From: Gaiellaceae bacterium
GTDB lineage: Bacteria > Actinomycetota > Thermoleophilia > Gaiellales > Gaiellaceae
Direction: 5' to 3'
DNA length: 64,000 nt
Assembly: GCA_026002995.1 (NCBI GenBank)
Contig: BPGK01000001.1
Span: 2,293,988-2,357,987, forward strand
In this document: one piece after another, positions 1 through 8,639 of the stretch
How positions within the stretch are numbered: the first letter of the stretch is position 1
Layout: every line of letters starts with the position of its first letter
Made by a program: the position numbers and the translations under genes
The notes under the pieces: model-generated
What the model saw: only the letters and a program-made list of their open reading frames with translations
Databases searched by the model: none
Told to the model about the DNA's origin: nothing

Positions 1-694
1 AGTGGTTGATGGAGCCGAACACGAGACCGATGAGCACGCCTGCGGCTCCGGCGAGCGCGGAGCCGATGAAGAACGTGCGAACGATGACGCGGTCGACGTC
101 GATCCCCATCATCGCCGCCGCCTCGCGGTCGAAGGCGGTCGCCCGCATCGCCTTGCCGAGCTTCGTCCGCGTCACGAGGAGCCAGAGGCCGAGCATCATC
201 GCGAGCGCGGAGACGAAGACGACGACGCGCAGGATCCAGACGTTGAGCGGACCCCAGCTGATTCCGATCCCGACGTCCACGAGGTCGAACGACTCGTAGC
301 TGCGGAAGTTCGCGCCGAAGAGGAGGAGCACCGAGTTCTGGATGAAGAACGAGACCCCGAGCGCGCTGATGAGCGGCGCGATCCGGGGCGCTCGCCGCAG
401 GGGTCGGTAGGCGAACCGCTCGATGGCGACGCCGATGAATCCGCACCCGACCATCGCCGCGAGCACCATCAGCGTGATGAGGAGCCACACCGCGACCGCG
501 GGATCCTGCGCCCCTCCGAGCCAGCCGAGCACGCCCCAGCCGATGAACGCGCCGACCATGACGACGTCGCCGTGGGCGAGGTTGAGGAGCTTCAGGATCC
601 CGTAGACCATCGAGAACCCGAGCGCAACGAGCGCGTACACGCCACCGAGCGTGAGCCCGTTGACGATCAACTGGACGAGCTTGTCCCAGTCCAT
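1..694 (-). CDS. Branched-chain amino acid ABC transporter permease (LivH family); 3' end runs off the window
   Basis: Absent from the ORF track because it is open at the window edge. The reverse complement from the ATG at 694 reads MDWDKLVQLIVNGLTLGGVYALVALGFSMVYGILKLLNLAHGDVVMVGAF..., a typical LivH N-terminus. It lies directly downstream of the LivK-like gene. Confidence 0.8.
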   Translation of the reverse strand, partial: MDWDKLVQLIVNGLTLGGVYALVALGFSMVYGILKLLNLAHGDVVMVGAFIGWGVLGWLGGAQDPAVAVWLLITLMVLAAMVGCGFIGVAIERFAYRPLRRAPRIAPLISALGVSFFIQNSVLLLFGANFRSYESFDLVDVGIGISWGPLNVWILRVVVFVSALAMMLGLWLLVTRTKLGKAMRATAFDREAAAMMGIDVDRVIVRTFFIGSALAGAAGVLIGLVFGSINH

Positions 695-779
695 CGGCGG
701 TTTATCTCATACGCGACCCATGACGTGCGAGCGGCCCGCCCGAAGGCGGGCCGCTCGTCCTTCTCCTGCCCGGCGGGTG

Positions 780-1931
780 TTACCCGACGGGGCTGTACTT
801 GCCGTTCGTGATCTTGTAGATGACGAACGTCCCGCCCCGCACGTCGCCCTTGCGGTCGAAGCGGACCGGGTTCTTGCTGATGATCGACGGGATGTTGATC
901 CGCTGCGTCGCCTGCACCACCTCGGCCCGCGTCGCCTTCCCGTCCGCGCACGCGTTCTTGATCGCGTTCATCGCGACCTGGCCCGCCATGTACGTCGCGG
1001 GGCCGAACGCGCCGAACGACTTGCCCTTCGACCAGCGCTTGTACGCATTGACGATCGCCCTGGCCTTCGGGTCGAAGTTGATGTCGGGCGCGAAGACCGA
1101 GACGTAGCCCGCCCGCGGCTTGAACTGGTCGGGCGAGTAGGCTCCATCGGAGCCGAACACGACCGCTCGCTTGCCCTGCTCGCGGAGCTGGTTCGCGAGG
1201 GTGTTGGCCGCCGTCGCGACCTGGGTCGCGAAGACGACGACGTCGACGTTCGAGCCGACGTTCGCGACAACGGACGAGAAGTCCGTGTCGTCGGCCGAGA
1301 CCGACTGCCGCGTGACGTTCACGTTCGCGGCCCGGAGCCGCTTCGTCACCGCCTGCGCGAGCGGCAGCGAGTAGTCGTCCTGCGAGTCGATGACGACGAC
1401 GTTCTTCGCCTTGAGCGTGCCGGAGACGTACGTCGCGATCGTCGGCGCCTGCACGCCGTCGTTCGGGACGACGCGGAAGAAGGTCTTGTACGGACGACCC
1501 TTCGTCAGGTCGACAGCGGTCGCCGAGCCCGAGATCGCCGCCAGGTTCGCGTTGGCGTAGATCTTCCCGCCAGAGCGAACAGCCTGGCTCTCGGAGGGGC
1601 CGATCACTGCCATGACGTTCCGGTTCGAGGCCATCCGCTGCGCGACGGTGCGGGCCACGTCGGCCTTGAGCTGCGTGTCGCCGAGGACGACCTTGAACCT
1701 CGTGCCGTTCTTCTTGTTGAACTCCTCGACGCCAAAGCGGAGCCACGAGAGCTGCTCCTGGCCGAGGAACGCGGCGGCGCCGGTGAGCGGCCCGACGAAG
1801 CCGAGCGACACGTTCGTGCACTGAGCGAGCTGCGACGCCGCAGCTGGCTCCGCGGTCCGCGCCACTGCCGTCGAGGCGACAACCGCCGCCATGAGCACCG
1901 CCAGCGCGGATGCGATGAGACCCTTCCTCAT
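780..1931 (-). CDS. Branched-chain amino acid ABC transporter substrate-binding protein (LivK/LivJ family)
   Basis: 383-aa ORF with an N-terminal signal peptide (MRKGLIASALAVLMAAVVAS...). The type-I periplasmic binding fold pattern is present (GPLTGAAAFLG, VIGPSESQA, VVVIDSQDDYS). It sits next to the LivH-like permease. Confidence 0.9.
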   Translation of the reverse strand: MRKGLIASALAVLMAAVVASTAVARTAEPAAASQLAQCTNVSLGFVGPLTGAAAFLGQEQLSWLRFGVEEFNKKNGTRFKVVLGDTQLKADVARTVAQRMASNRNVMAVIGPSESQAVRSGGKIYANANLAAISGSATAVDLTKGRPYKTFFRVVPNDGVQAPTIATYVSGTLKAKNVVVIDSQDDYSLPLAQAVTKRLRAANVNVTRQSVSADDTDFSSVVANVGSNVDVVVFATQVATAANTLANQLREQGKRAVVFGSDGAYSPDQFKPRAGYVSVFAPDINFDPKARAIVNAYKRWSKGKSFGAFGPATYMAGQVAMNAIKNACADGKATRAEVVQATQRINIPSIISKNPVRFDRKGDVRGGTFVIYKITNGKYSPVG

Positions 1932-2121
1932 GTGCCCTCCTGTCTTGGAGTTACCTGCCTCGATGTGGGACGACGGACTGCGCCCTTTGTTGCACGGGTC
2001 GCAGTTTCCCGTGTGCGGCCCGAATCGAATCGCGTCCGAGCTGTCATGTCAACTCGAAGCGCGCCTCACGCACGGTTAGCCTTCCCCCATCGAGACCGGG
2101 CTGAGCGGGAAGGGGGTCGTA

Positions 2122-2865
2122 GTGACGGGCGCCTCGGGCGGGATCGGCGCAGCCTGCGCACGCGCCTTCGCAGCGGAAGGCGCTCGGGTCTTCCTCCACT
2201 ACCACCGTGGGCTCGCGCGCGCCGAGGCGCTCTCGGCAGAGCTCGGCGGGGCGCCCACCGGTGCGGCCGACCTGACCGACGAAGCGTCGGTCGACCGGTT
2301 GTTCGAGAGCGCGCGGAGGGCGCTCGGGTCAGTCGACGTCTGCGCCGCCGTCGCGGGTATCTGGCCACGCGAGGATATCCCTGCCTGGGAGCTCCCGCTC
2401 GAGCGCTGGGAGGGCACGGTGCGCGCGAACCTGACGGCCACCTTCCTCACCGCTCGCGCATTCCTGCGCGAGGTGGCGCGAAACGGGCACGGCTCGCTCG
2501 TGCTCGTGGGCTCCACCGCGGGGATCTTCGGCGAGGCCGGGCACGCGGACTACGCCTCCGCGAAGTCCGCGATCCTCGGCGGCCTCCTGCTCTCGCTGAA
2601 GAACGAGATCGTCCGCATCGCACCCCGCGGCCGCGTGAACGCTGTGGCGCCGGGATGGACGGAGTCGCCCATGACCCGCGGGCTCGTCGACCCGGCCCGC
2701 GTCCACGCCGTCTCACGGACGATGGCGCTGCGCAAGGTGGCGCAGCCCGAGGACGTCGCCGCCCAGGTCGTCGTTCTCGCGTCCGATCGGCTCTCCGGCC
2801 ACGTCACCGGCGAGGTCGTCGTCGTCGCCGGCGGCATGGAGGGCCGCGTGATCCACGACGAGTGA
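2122..2865 (+). CDS. SDR family NAD(P)-dependent oxidoreductase
   Basis: TGASGGIG cofactor motif at the N-terminus and a YASAK catalytic motif. The true start may be a few codons upstream, because the frame is open back to 2080 and reads ...LSGKGVVVTGASGGIG. Confidence 0.9.
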   Translation: MTGASGGIGAACARAFAAEGARVFLHYHRGLARAEALSAELGGAPTGAADLTDEASVDRLFESARRALGSVDVCAAVAGIWPREDIPAWELPLERWEGTVRANLTATFLTARAFLREVARNGHGSLVLVGSTAGIFGEAGHADYASAKSAILGGLLLSLKNEIVRIAPRGRVNAVAPGWTESPMTRGLVDPARVHAVSRTMALRKVAQPEDVAAQVVVLASDRLSGHVTGEVVVVAGGMEGRVIHDE

Positions 2866-2876
2866 GAGGAGAGTCG

Positions 2877-3215
2877 ATGGCCGAGAGCCGCCGCGTGTTC
2901 AACGCGTACACGACGCCCTTCCAGCAGTACGACCTCGAAGGCCCCGTGCAGCCGGAGATGAGCTGGCTGCCGATCAGCTACGACCGCAAGACAGGCCAAG
3001 GCTGCTACCTCATGCGCATGCAGCCCGGCGCGGTCACCATCGCGCACGAGCACCAGGGCATGGAGGAGTTCCTCGTCCTCGAGGGTGACCTCGTGGATTC
3101 GGACGGAACGGTCTTCGGCCCTGGCGACTTCGTCAGCTACGAGGCCGGGACGCGTCACAACTCGTGGACCGAGGGCGGCTGCCTCCTCGCCGTCTTCGAG
3201 TGGCGACGCCCCTGA
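2877..3215 (+). CDS. Cupin domain protein
   Basis: ATG at 2877 inside the long spurious ORF 651..3215. The 112-aa product carries the cupin motifs HEHQGMEEFLVLEG and GTRHNSW. The start is preceded by GAGAGGAGAG. Confidence 0.75.
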   Translation: MAESRRVFNAYTTPFQQYDLEGPVQPEMSWLPISYDRKTGQGCYLMRMQPGAVTIAHEHQGMEEFLVLEGDLVDSDGTVFGPGDFVSYEAGTRHNSWTEGGCLLAVFEWRRP

Positions 3216-3349
3216 CCTCCCTCAAGCCCGCGGCCGTCGATGCCGATAGCGAGAGCGGCTCCCGACTGGGTACTGACGGCAACAGGCCCGGGGTCGGAGC
3301 GCACGAGCGGGGCGGCGGACGACGTCGCCCCTCCTCGTTGCAAGCGCAC

Positions 3350-3392
3350 GGAACGGGGCGGGGGTGCCGCCACGCCCCCGTCGCCCCGTTCC
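3350..3392 (+). other. Strong GC-rich stem-loop in the cupin/homocysteine-methyltransferase intergenic region
   Basis: GGAACGGGGCG(GGGGTGccgcCACGCCCCC)GTCGCCCCGTTCC. The outer 11-bp arms are perfectly complementary. No U-tract follows. Confidence 0.4.
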
Positions 3393-3623
3393 CGCAGGCC
3401 GGCTCCGAGTCGAGCCGTGACTCCTCTCCCGACCCACTCGAGCGGCCGCCGCATCGCCGCCCCCAGTGAGTGCGTCGACCCGATGCTCGTCGATCCGCGG
3501 GTCGCCGACCTCCCCGTTCCGGGGTTGACCGTTCCCCCGCACGGCGTTGACGAGCTCGCTTGACTCCGCGGGCGGAGACGAGCACGCGGGCGAGGCAAGT
3601 CTCGCCCCTACACTGAGCCGGCC

Positions 3624-5420
3624 ATGAGCCGGTTCCTCGAGCGACTCGCAAACGGCCCGCCGATCGTCGCCGACGGCGGGATGGGGACGCTGATCTCGAG
3701 CGCCGTCCCCCGGCTCCGCTGCCCGGAGGAGGCAAACCTGCGCGCCCCGGAGAGCGTCCTCTCGCTCCACCTCGGCTTCATCCGCGCGGGCGCGGAGCTC
3801 ATCGAGACGAACACGTTCGGCGCGAACCGGCGCAAGCTCGCCGACCGCTACCTCGACGACGAGGTCGGCGCGATCAACGAGGCGGCGGTGAAGATCGCCC
3901 GTGACGCGCGCGAGGTCGCGGGTGGCGAGGTCTTCATCGCGGGCTCGATCGGGCCACTCGGCGGGCCGGCGAAAGACCGCGAGGCGATCTTCGCCGAGCA
4001 GGCCTCGCTTCTCGAGGGACGCGGCGTCGACCTCTTCATGGTCGAGACCTTCTACGACCTCGACGAGCTCCTCACCGCCGTCGGCGCGGTCCGGAGCGTC
4101 TCGTCGCTCCCGATCGTCGCGCTCCTCACGTTCGACGAGGACGCGCAGACCCTCGGAGGGGTGAACGCCGAGGACGCAGCCAGGGCCCTCTCGGAGCTCG
4201 ACGTCGCCGCGATCGGCGCCAACCACGGCGTCGGTCTCCAGGCGGCGCTGCGAGCGATCGAGAAGATGGCGGGCTCGCCGAAGCCGCTCGCTGCCCTCCC
4301 GAACGTCGGTCTCGCGAGCTTCGCGGGCCAGCGCATCGTCTTCCCCCACGCGACCCCCGAGTACTTCGCGGAGTTCGCAGCGCTCGCGCGGGAGCTCGGC
4401 GCGCGCATCATTGGCGGTTGCTGCGGCACGACGCCGACCGAGATCGCCGCCATCCGAGCCGCCGTCGACGAGGACCGCGAGCCGCACACGGTTCTCGTCA
4501 CCCGAGAGCGTGAGCTCGTTGTGCCCCCCTCCGAGCCCGAGCGTGAGACGCTCCTTCAGCAGAAGCTCCGTGCCGGCGAGTTCGTGGTCTCGGTCGAGAT
4601 CGATCCTCCGCGCGGCGGGAACGCGCGCGCGATGCTCGACCTCGCGCGCGCGCTGAAGGAGTCCGGGCACGTCGACGTCGTGGACGTGAACGACAACCCG
4701 CGAGCACGGGCTCGGATGAGCGGGCTCATGGCCTCCGCCGTGATCGAGCGCCTCGTCGGCATCGAGACGATCCCGCACGTCACCCCGAGAGACGCGTCGA
4801 TCGCCGGGCTCGAGTCGATGCTCCTCGGGGCGCACGCCGAAGGGATCCGCAACGTGCTCGCGATCACCGGCGACCCGCCCGAGGCCGGCGACTACCCGGG
4901 CGCGCGGGGCGTGTACGAGGTCGACTCGATCGGGCTCGCTCGGATGATCTCGCGCATGAACGCGGGCGAGGACTTCAACGGCCGCGAGATCGACGCGCCG
5001 ACATCGTTCTTCCTCGGGGTGGCGGTGAACCCGTCGGCCGACGACCTCGCGTACGAGCTCGACCGCTTCCACCAGAAGGTCGAGGCCGGCGCACACTTCG
5101 CGATGACGCAGGTGCTCTTCGACCTCTCCGCGCTCGAGACGTTCCTCGAACGGCTCGGAGGCACGTCACCGATCCCGCTCCTCGTCGGCGTCTTCTACGT
5201 CCGCAGCTACCAGCTCGCGCTCCGGCTGCACAACGAGGTGCCGGGGATCGTCGTGCCCGAGCACGTGCTCGCACGGCTGCGCGACGCAGGGCCGCGTGCG
5301 GCCGAGGTCGGGCTCTCGCTGGCGCGGGAGCTCGTCGAGGCCGCGCGCGAGAAGGCCGCGGGCGTCTACCTCATTCCTCCGTTCCGCCAGCCCCTCGCCG
5401 CGTTGGACCTCTTCCAGTAG
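3624..5420 (+). CDS. Bifunctional homocysteine S-methyltransferase / 5,10-methylenetetrahydrofolate reductase (YitJ-type fusion)
   Basis: 598 aa. The N-terminal half has homocysteine S-methyltransferase hallmarks (DGGMGT, ETNTFGAN, GGCCGTTP zinc-site cysteines). The C-terminal half is MTHFR-like (VSVEIDPPRG..., ITGDPP, HFAMTQVLFD). Confidence 0.9.
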   Translation: MSRFLERLANGPPIVADGGMGTLISSAVPRLRCPEEANLRAPESVLSLHLGFIRAGAELIETNTFGANRRKLADRYLDDEVGAINEAAVKIARDAREVAGGEVFIAGSIGPLGGPAKDREAIFAEQASLLEGRGVDLFMVETFYDLDELLTAVGAVRSVSSLPIVALLTFDEDAQTLGGVNAEDAARALSELDVAAIGANHGVGLQAALRAIEKMAGSPKPLAALPNVGLASFAGQRIVFPHATPEYFAEFAALARELGARIIGGCCGTTPTEIAAIRAAVDEDREPHTVLVTRERELVVPPSEPERETLLQQKLRAGEFVVSVEIDPPRGGNARAMLDLARALKESGHVDVVDVNDNPRARARMSGLMASAVIERLVGIETIPHVTPRDASIAGLESMLLGAHAEGIRNVLAITGDPPEAGDYPGARGVYEVDSIGLARMISRMNAGEDFNGREIDAPTSFFLGVAVNPSADDLAYELDRFHQKVEAGAHFAMTQVLFDLSALETFLERLGGTSPIPLLVGVFYVRSYQLALRLHNEVPGIVVPEHVLARLRDAGPRAAEVGLSLARELVEAAREKAAGVYLIPPFRQPLAALDLFQ

Positions 5421-5428
5421 CGCCAGCG

Positions 5429-6589
5429 CTAGGAGCGCACGCACGTGGTAGACGGAACCGGCCCCTCGCCGACGTGCGCGAGGAGCGCGCGGACGCGATC
5501 GGGCGGCACACCGAAGCCGCCGCCTTGCTCTCCTGGCCTGCGCGCGAACACCGTCGTCCGCACGCGCCCCTGCGCGTCGATCCCCGGCCCGCCGGAGCTC
5601 CCTGGACGCACCTGCCCGCGGATCGTCGTGATGGAGCGCCTCACGGGCTCGCGTCCGTAGGCGTCCTGAGCGACGAGCTCGCGGGTCGCACCGAGCCTCC
5701 CGGGGATCCGTCGGAGCGGGCCGTTCTCCGGGTACCCGACGAGCGCGACCGGCGTCCCCCGCTCCGCGTCGACCAGCGGGAGCGGGCGGCCACGGAGCCC
5801 AGGCACTCGAACGACGGCGAGATCGTTGTCGGCGTCGAACGCGACGACCGTGCCGAGCCAAGCCCGGCCCGCGCCTCGATCGACGCGCGGCTGGCCGACG
5901 CCCGCCACGACGTGCGCGTTCGTCACGACGAGACCGGGCGCCGCGATCCAACCCGAACCCTCGACGCCGAGGCCGCACGCGACGCCGGTGATCCGCAGGA
6001 CGCTCCGCGAGGCGGCGATCACGTCGGGGTCGCGCACGAGGGCCGAGTCCGGAGGCGGAACTGCGGCGGGCGGGCCCGGGAAGACGCCGAGCGGGTCGAC
6101 CCGCTCGAGCGTCTCGAGCAGGCGCTCCGGCGGGAAGGCGTCGTTGATCCGCGAGAGGATCGCCGAAGCCTGCACCGCCCGGCGAAGCTCGGACTGGCCT
6201 GGCAGGTAGAGGAGGACTGCGCCGATCGCCCAGCACAGGAGCAGGCCTCCAGCTGCGCCGAGGATCAGCCCCGCGAGCGAGTCGAGCGCACGGAGGCCGG
6301 GAATCGTCGAGAGCCCCGTCCGTGCGGCCCCGCCCAGCACTCCGGCGAGGCCGTGCAGGATCGTCCCGCCGATGAGCGCTCCGCCGAGGGCGAAGAACGG
6401 CGCGTACGGCGACCCCTCGCGCAGGAGATCCGGCGCAACGCGCGCGCCGAGGTACGCACCGAGCGCGAAGCCCGCGAGTGAGAGGGCTCCGCGCACGAAA
6501 CCGCTCGCGAGCCCGTAGAGGCCGGCGAGCGCGACGACGCCGAGGACGATCCAGTCGGCGGTGCTCACTCGCGAGAGCGTACGCGCCAC
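5429..6589 (-). CDS. CvpA-family membrane domain fused to a trypsin-like serine protease (MarP-like)
   Basis: 386 aa. The N-terminus has four hydrophobic CvpA-like helices. The C-terminus is chymotrypsin-fold (TNAHVVAG, DNDLAVVRV, GSSGGP catalytic Ser motif). Confidence 0.85.
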   Translation of the reverse strand: MARTLSRVSTADWIVLGVVALAGLYGLASGFVRGALSLAGFALGAYLGARVAPDLLREGSPYAPFFALGGALIGGTILHGLAGVLGGAARTGLSTIPGLRALDSLAGLILGAAGGLLLCWAIGAVLLYLPGQSELRRAVQASAILSRINDAFPPERLLETLERVDPLGVFPGPPAAVPPPDSALVRDPDVIAASRSVLRITGVACGLGVEGSGWIAAPGLVVTNAHVVAGVGQPRVDRGAGRAWLGTVVAFDADNDLAVVRVPGLRGRPLPLVDAERGTPVALVGYPENGPLRRIPGRLGATRELVAQDAYGREPVRRSITTIRGQVRPGSSGGPGIDAQGRVRTTVFARRPGEQGGGFGVPPDRVRALLAHVGEGPVPSTTCVRS

Positions 6590-6630
6590 GCCGCCCGATC
6601 CCTGCCGCCCGGCTACACTGTCGCGGCGCT

Positions 6631-6704
6631 GGGGGCGTAGTTCAGCTGGTTAGAACGCCGGCCTGTCACGCCGGAGGTCGCGGGTTCGAGTCCCGTCGCT
6701 CCCG
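6631..6704 (+). tRNA. tRNA-Asp: tRNA-Asp (anticodon GUC)
   Basis: Hand-folded cloverleaf: acceptor GGGGGCG/CGCTCCC, D arm GTTC..GAAC, anticodon stem CCGGC/GCCGG with loop CTGTCAC, T arm GCGGG-TTCGAGT-CCCGT, discriminator G. No CCA is encoded. Confidence 0.95.
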
Positions 6705-6718
6705 CTCTTCTCGTTTGT

Positions 6719-6748
6719 GAGCCCGGTTCCTGGGCTCTCTTCTCTATT
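6719..6748 (+). terminator. Intrinsic-terminator-like hairpin after tRNA-Asp
   Basis: GAGCCC-ggttcct-GGGCTC followed by the T-rich tail tcttctctatt. Confidence 0.5.
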
Positions 6749-6888
6749 CACGCGGGTTTGCGCCGGGGATTGGCAGGCGCAGCCTGTCGTCTTATACCGC
6801 CCGACCGCTGGCGTCACCGCACTCCTGTCGCACACCGCTAGTCGCCAGCGGAGACGAGATTCAACGCTGCCTTCTCGAAGCGGAACGG

Positions 6889-7422
6889 TCAGCCCAGCGA
6901 ATGGCCGCGCATCCGCGCGATCGGGGCAAGCAGCGCGTAGATGGCGCGCTGCAGCGGCCACGGAGGGCTGGCCAGCCGGATCTCCTCGGAGAAGGCCAGC
7001 CCGAGCAAGGCTGAGCGAAGCAGGGAGGGCTTGCCTTGCTCATCGAGCTCGCCGCGCTCGGCCATGCCGAAGTAGGTCTCGAAGAACTCCGCCGTTCGCA
7101 TCGCCGGCCGGAACTCCTGGAGCGCGACCGCGTCCTCGGCGCCGTCGTTGGCGAAATGGTGGGGTGTGCCGGCGAGAATCGTGATCGCCTCCCCCGGGCC
7201 GAGACGCCGCTCTCGCCCGTCGACCACGAACCGGAGCGTGCCCGATACGACCTCGGCCCGGCTCTCCTGGTGGGGGTGGACGTGTAGCGGCTCGACGACG
7301 CCGCTCGGCGGATTGACGGTCTCGATCCGCAACAGCTCGCCGCCCGTGTCGGCAGCGGTGAGGAGGAAGCGCATGCGCTGGCCGGTGCGAGGGTTGCGGA
7401 TCTCTCGGTGCTCCTGGCTCAT
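6889..7422 (-). CDS. Cupin domain protein
   Basis: 177 aa with cupin motifs (EPLHVHPHQESRAEVVSG and GTPHHFAN). Divergently paired with the MarR gene. Confidence 0.8.
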   Translation of the reverse strand: MSQEHREIRNPRTGQRMRFLLTAADTGGELLRIETVNPPSGVVEPLHVHPHQESRAEVVSGTLRFVVDGRERRLGPGEAITILAGTPHHFANDGAEDAVALQEFRPAMRTAEFFETYFGMAERGELDEQGKPSLLRSALLGLAFSEEIRLASPPWPLQRAIYALLAPIARMRGHSLG

Positions 7423-7451
7423 GGCCGTACCTCCGGGTAGGCTGATCGAGA

Positions 7452-7474
7452 ACTTAGGCCACCTAAGCTTAGGT
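7452..7474. promoter_or_regulatory. Candidate MarR operator: three CTTAGG/CCTAAG half-sites
   Basis: ACTTAGGccaCCTAAGCTTAGGT lies in the 66-bp divergent cupin/MarR intergenic region. CCTAAGCTTAGG (7462-7473) is a perfect 12-bp palindrome in an otherwise GC-rich context. Confidence 0.45.
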
Positions 7475-7488
7475 CACCAAAGCATCTC

Positions 7489-7956
7489 GTGTCTACTGCC
7501 TCCACCCAGCGACTCCACATCGGTCAGCTGCTGGCGCAGCTCACGCGTCTCTTTCAGACCGAGCTGTTCGAGCGCCTGGTCGCCGCCGGCCTCGAGGACG
7601 CCCGCGTCTCCCACACCCATGTCACCGCCTACATCAAGGCGGAGGGGTCGCGGCTCACCGAGCTCGCCAGCCAGGCGCGCATGACCCTCCCCGCGATGTC
7701 CGAGCTCGTCGACGACCTCGAGCGGCTTGGGATCGTCGAGCGACGGCCCGACCCAAGCGACGGACGCGCAAAGCTGATCTGTCTCACCAAGGCCGGCTGG
7801 GAGGCGATGCGCACGGCGCGTCGGATCATCGCGGAGATCGAAGCGGAGTACGCGGACCACGTCGGCTCGGAGCGCTTCGAGGACGCCGCACAGACCCTCA
7901 ACGCGCTGCTGGCGGCGCTCACCGCCACGAAGGGCGGACCGTCCAAGGCCGAATGA
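7489..7956 (+). CDS. MarR family transcriptional regulator
   Basis: 155 aa with a winged-helix core: LTELASQARMTLPAMSELVDDLERLGIVERRPDPSDGRAKLICLTKAG. Confidence 0.9.
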   Translation: MSTASTQRLHIGQLLAQLTRLFQTELFERLVAAGLEDARVSHTHVTAYIKAEGSRLTELASQARMTLPAMSELVDDLERLGIVERRPDPSDGRAKLICLTKAGWEAMRTARRIIAEIEAEYADHVGSERFEDAAQTLNALLAALTATKGGPSKAE

Positions 7957-8084
7957 CAAGATCAGCTCCCCGGGGGACCCCGTTGCCGCCGTCGGCGGAC
8001 ACACGCGATCCGCGGGCGCGTCGCACGTCGTCTCGACCCGGTTCCGCGGTTCTCCCTCAGGGCGGAGCCTAACGCCTGTGGCCG

Positions 8085-8111
8085 GTACGCGAGGTACGCG
8101 AGGTAGACGAG
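8085..8111. repeat. 9-bp tandem repeat, about 3 units (ggtacgcga ggtacgcga ggtagacga), inside the pseudogene
   Basis: Read directly from the sequence. It produces the duplicated peptide YLAYLAY in the minus-strand reading frame. Confidence 0.7.
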
Positions 8112-8223
8112 ACCGTTGTCGTACGAGGCGCTCATCGAGAGCGCGGACGTGTGCGGTCCGGCGTTGTCGGGGAACTGGCGTGGCCCGCTGCCGCGTGTGA
8201 GCGGGAGACGAACAGGTGCAAGT

Positions 8224-8245
8224 TCGTCGGCGAGCCGTCGGCGAG
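8224..8245. repeat. 11-bp tandem duplication (tcgtcggcgag / ccgtcggcgag) causing the frameshift
   Basis: Read directly; 10 of 11 positions are identical. Removing one copy restores ...GGGGTLVRALLADELAPVRLPLTRGSGPRQF... in a single frame. Confidence 0.7.
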
Positions 8246-8639
8246 CAGCGCGCGTACGAGCGTGCCGCCGCCGCCGACGTAGAACCATCCTGGGATAGAC
8301 GCAGGAAGCGTGGGCACGACCGGGTCACGGCGGGCTCGAAGGTGCCGCAAATAGAAGAGATCAGACGGCGACGACTGACCCGCGCGTGCCCGCGAGTGGA
8401 CGCGCTGATGTTCGCACCTTGTTCGCGCGATGTGTAGTCCGCGTAGCCAACGGCTTGGGTGCGAGGCCCGGGCGAGCCCTTGGGCGAGCTGCGTGATCCA
8501 CGTTGCGAGCGCTAACGCGGCGTCAAGATTGGCGCGCGAGGCGTCGGAGTTCCGTCAGGAGGGCCGCGCGCTTCACGGGCGCGAGGTCACGTCCCGTCAA
8601 GTGGTGTGTGACGCGAAGGGCGCCATCCTCGCTTGACTC

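Larger units (their letters stand above)
7962..8350 (-). pseudogene. Dihydrofolate-reductase-family (RibD C-terminal domain) gene, frameshifted
   Basis: Two overlapping minus-strand ORFs carry consecutive parts of one RibD_C-type domain. ORF 8132..8350 reads ...PGWFYVGGGGTLVRALLADG. ORF 7962..8288 reads LADELAPVRLPLTRGSGPRQFPDNAG...YDNGLVYLAYLAYRP. The frames are joined by an 11-bp tandem duplication. The N-terminal part is not recognisable. Confidence 0.55.

Noticed and set aside
651-3215. An 854-aa ORF spanning the livK, SDR and cupin region.
   Set aside because: The translation is Arg/Ala/Pro/Gly-rich low-complexity sequence typical of an off-frame or antisense read-through in very GC-rich DNA. 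Only its last 112 codons (2877-3215, the cupin) look like a real protein.
3241-3330. A possible SAM-I/SAM-IV riboswitch core (AGCGAGAGCGG ... GGCAAC).
   Set aside because: Only short fragments resemble the consensus. I could not assemble the P1-P4 helices or the kink-turn by eye. It is kept only as a low-interest finding pending a covariance-model search.
3555-3566. The 12-mer CTCGCTTGACTC occurs at 3555-3566 and again at 8628-8639.
   Set aside because: The match is short, the flanks are unrelated, and the two contexts differ (a promoter-proximal leader versus the IS-remnant flank). It is most likely chance.
6478-6720. ORFs 6478..6720 and 9128..9586 share the peptide ACHAGGRGFES, suggesting a duplicated small protein.
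   Set aside because: The shared peptide is just the translation of the tRNA-Asp 3' half and its 48-nt copy. It is neither coding nor a protein family.
6705-6888. A search for an integrase or excisionase next to tRNA-Asp that would make the island a live mobile element.
   Set aside because: No ORF with tyrosine- or serine-recombinase features exists between 6705 and 9335. Only a terminator-like hairpin and non-coding DNA precede the cupin gene.
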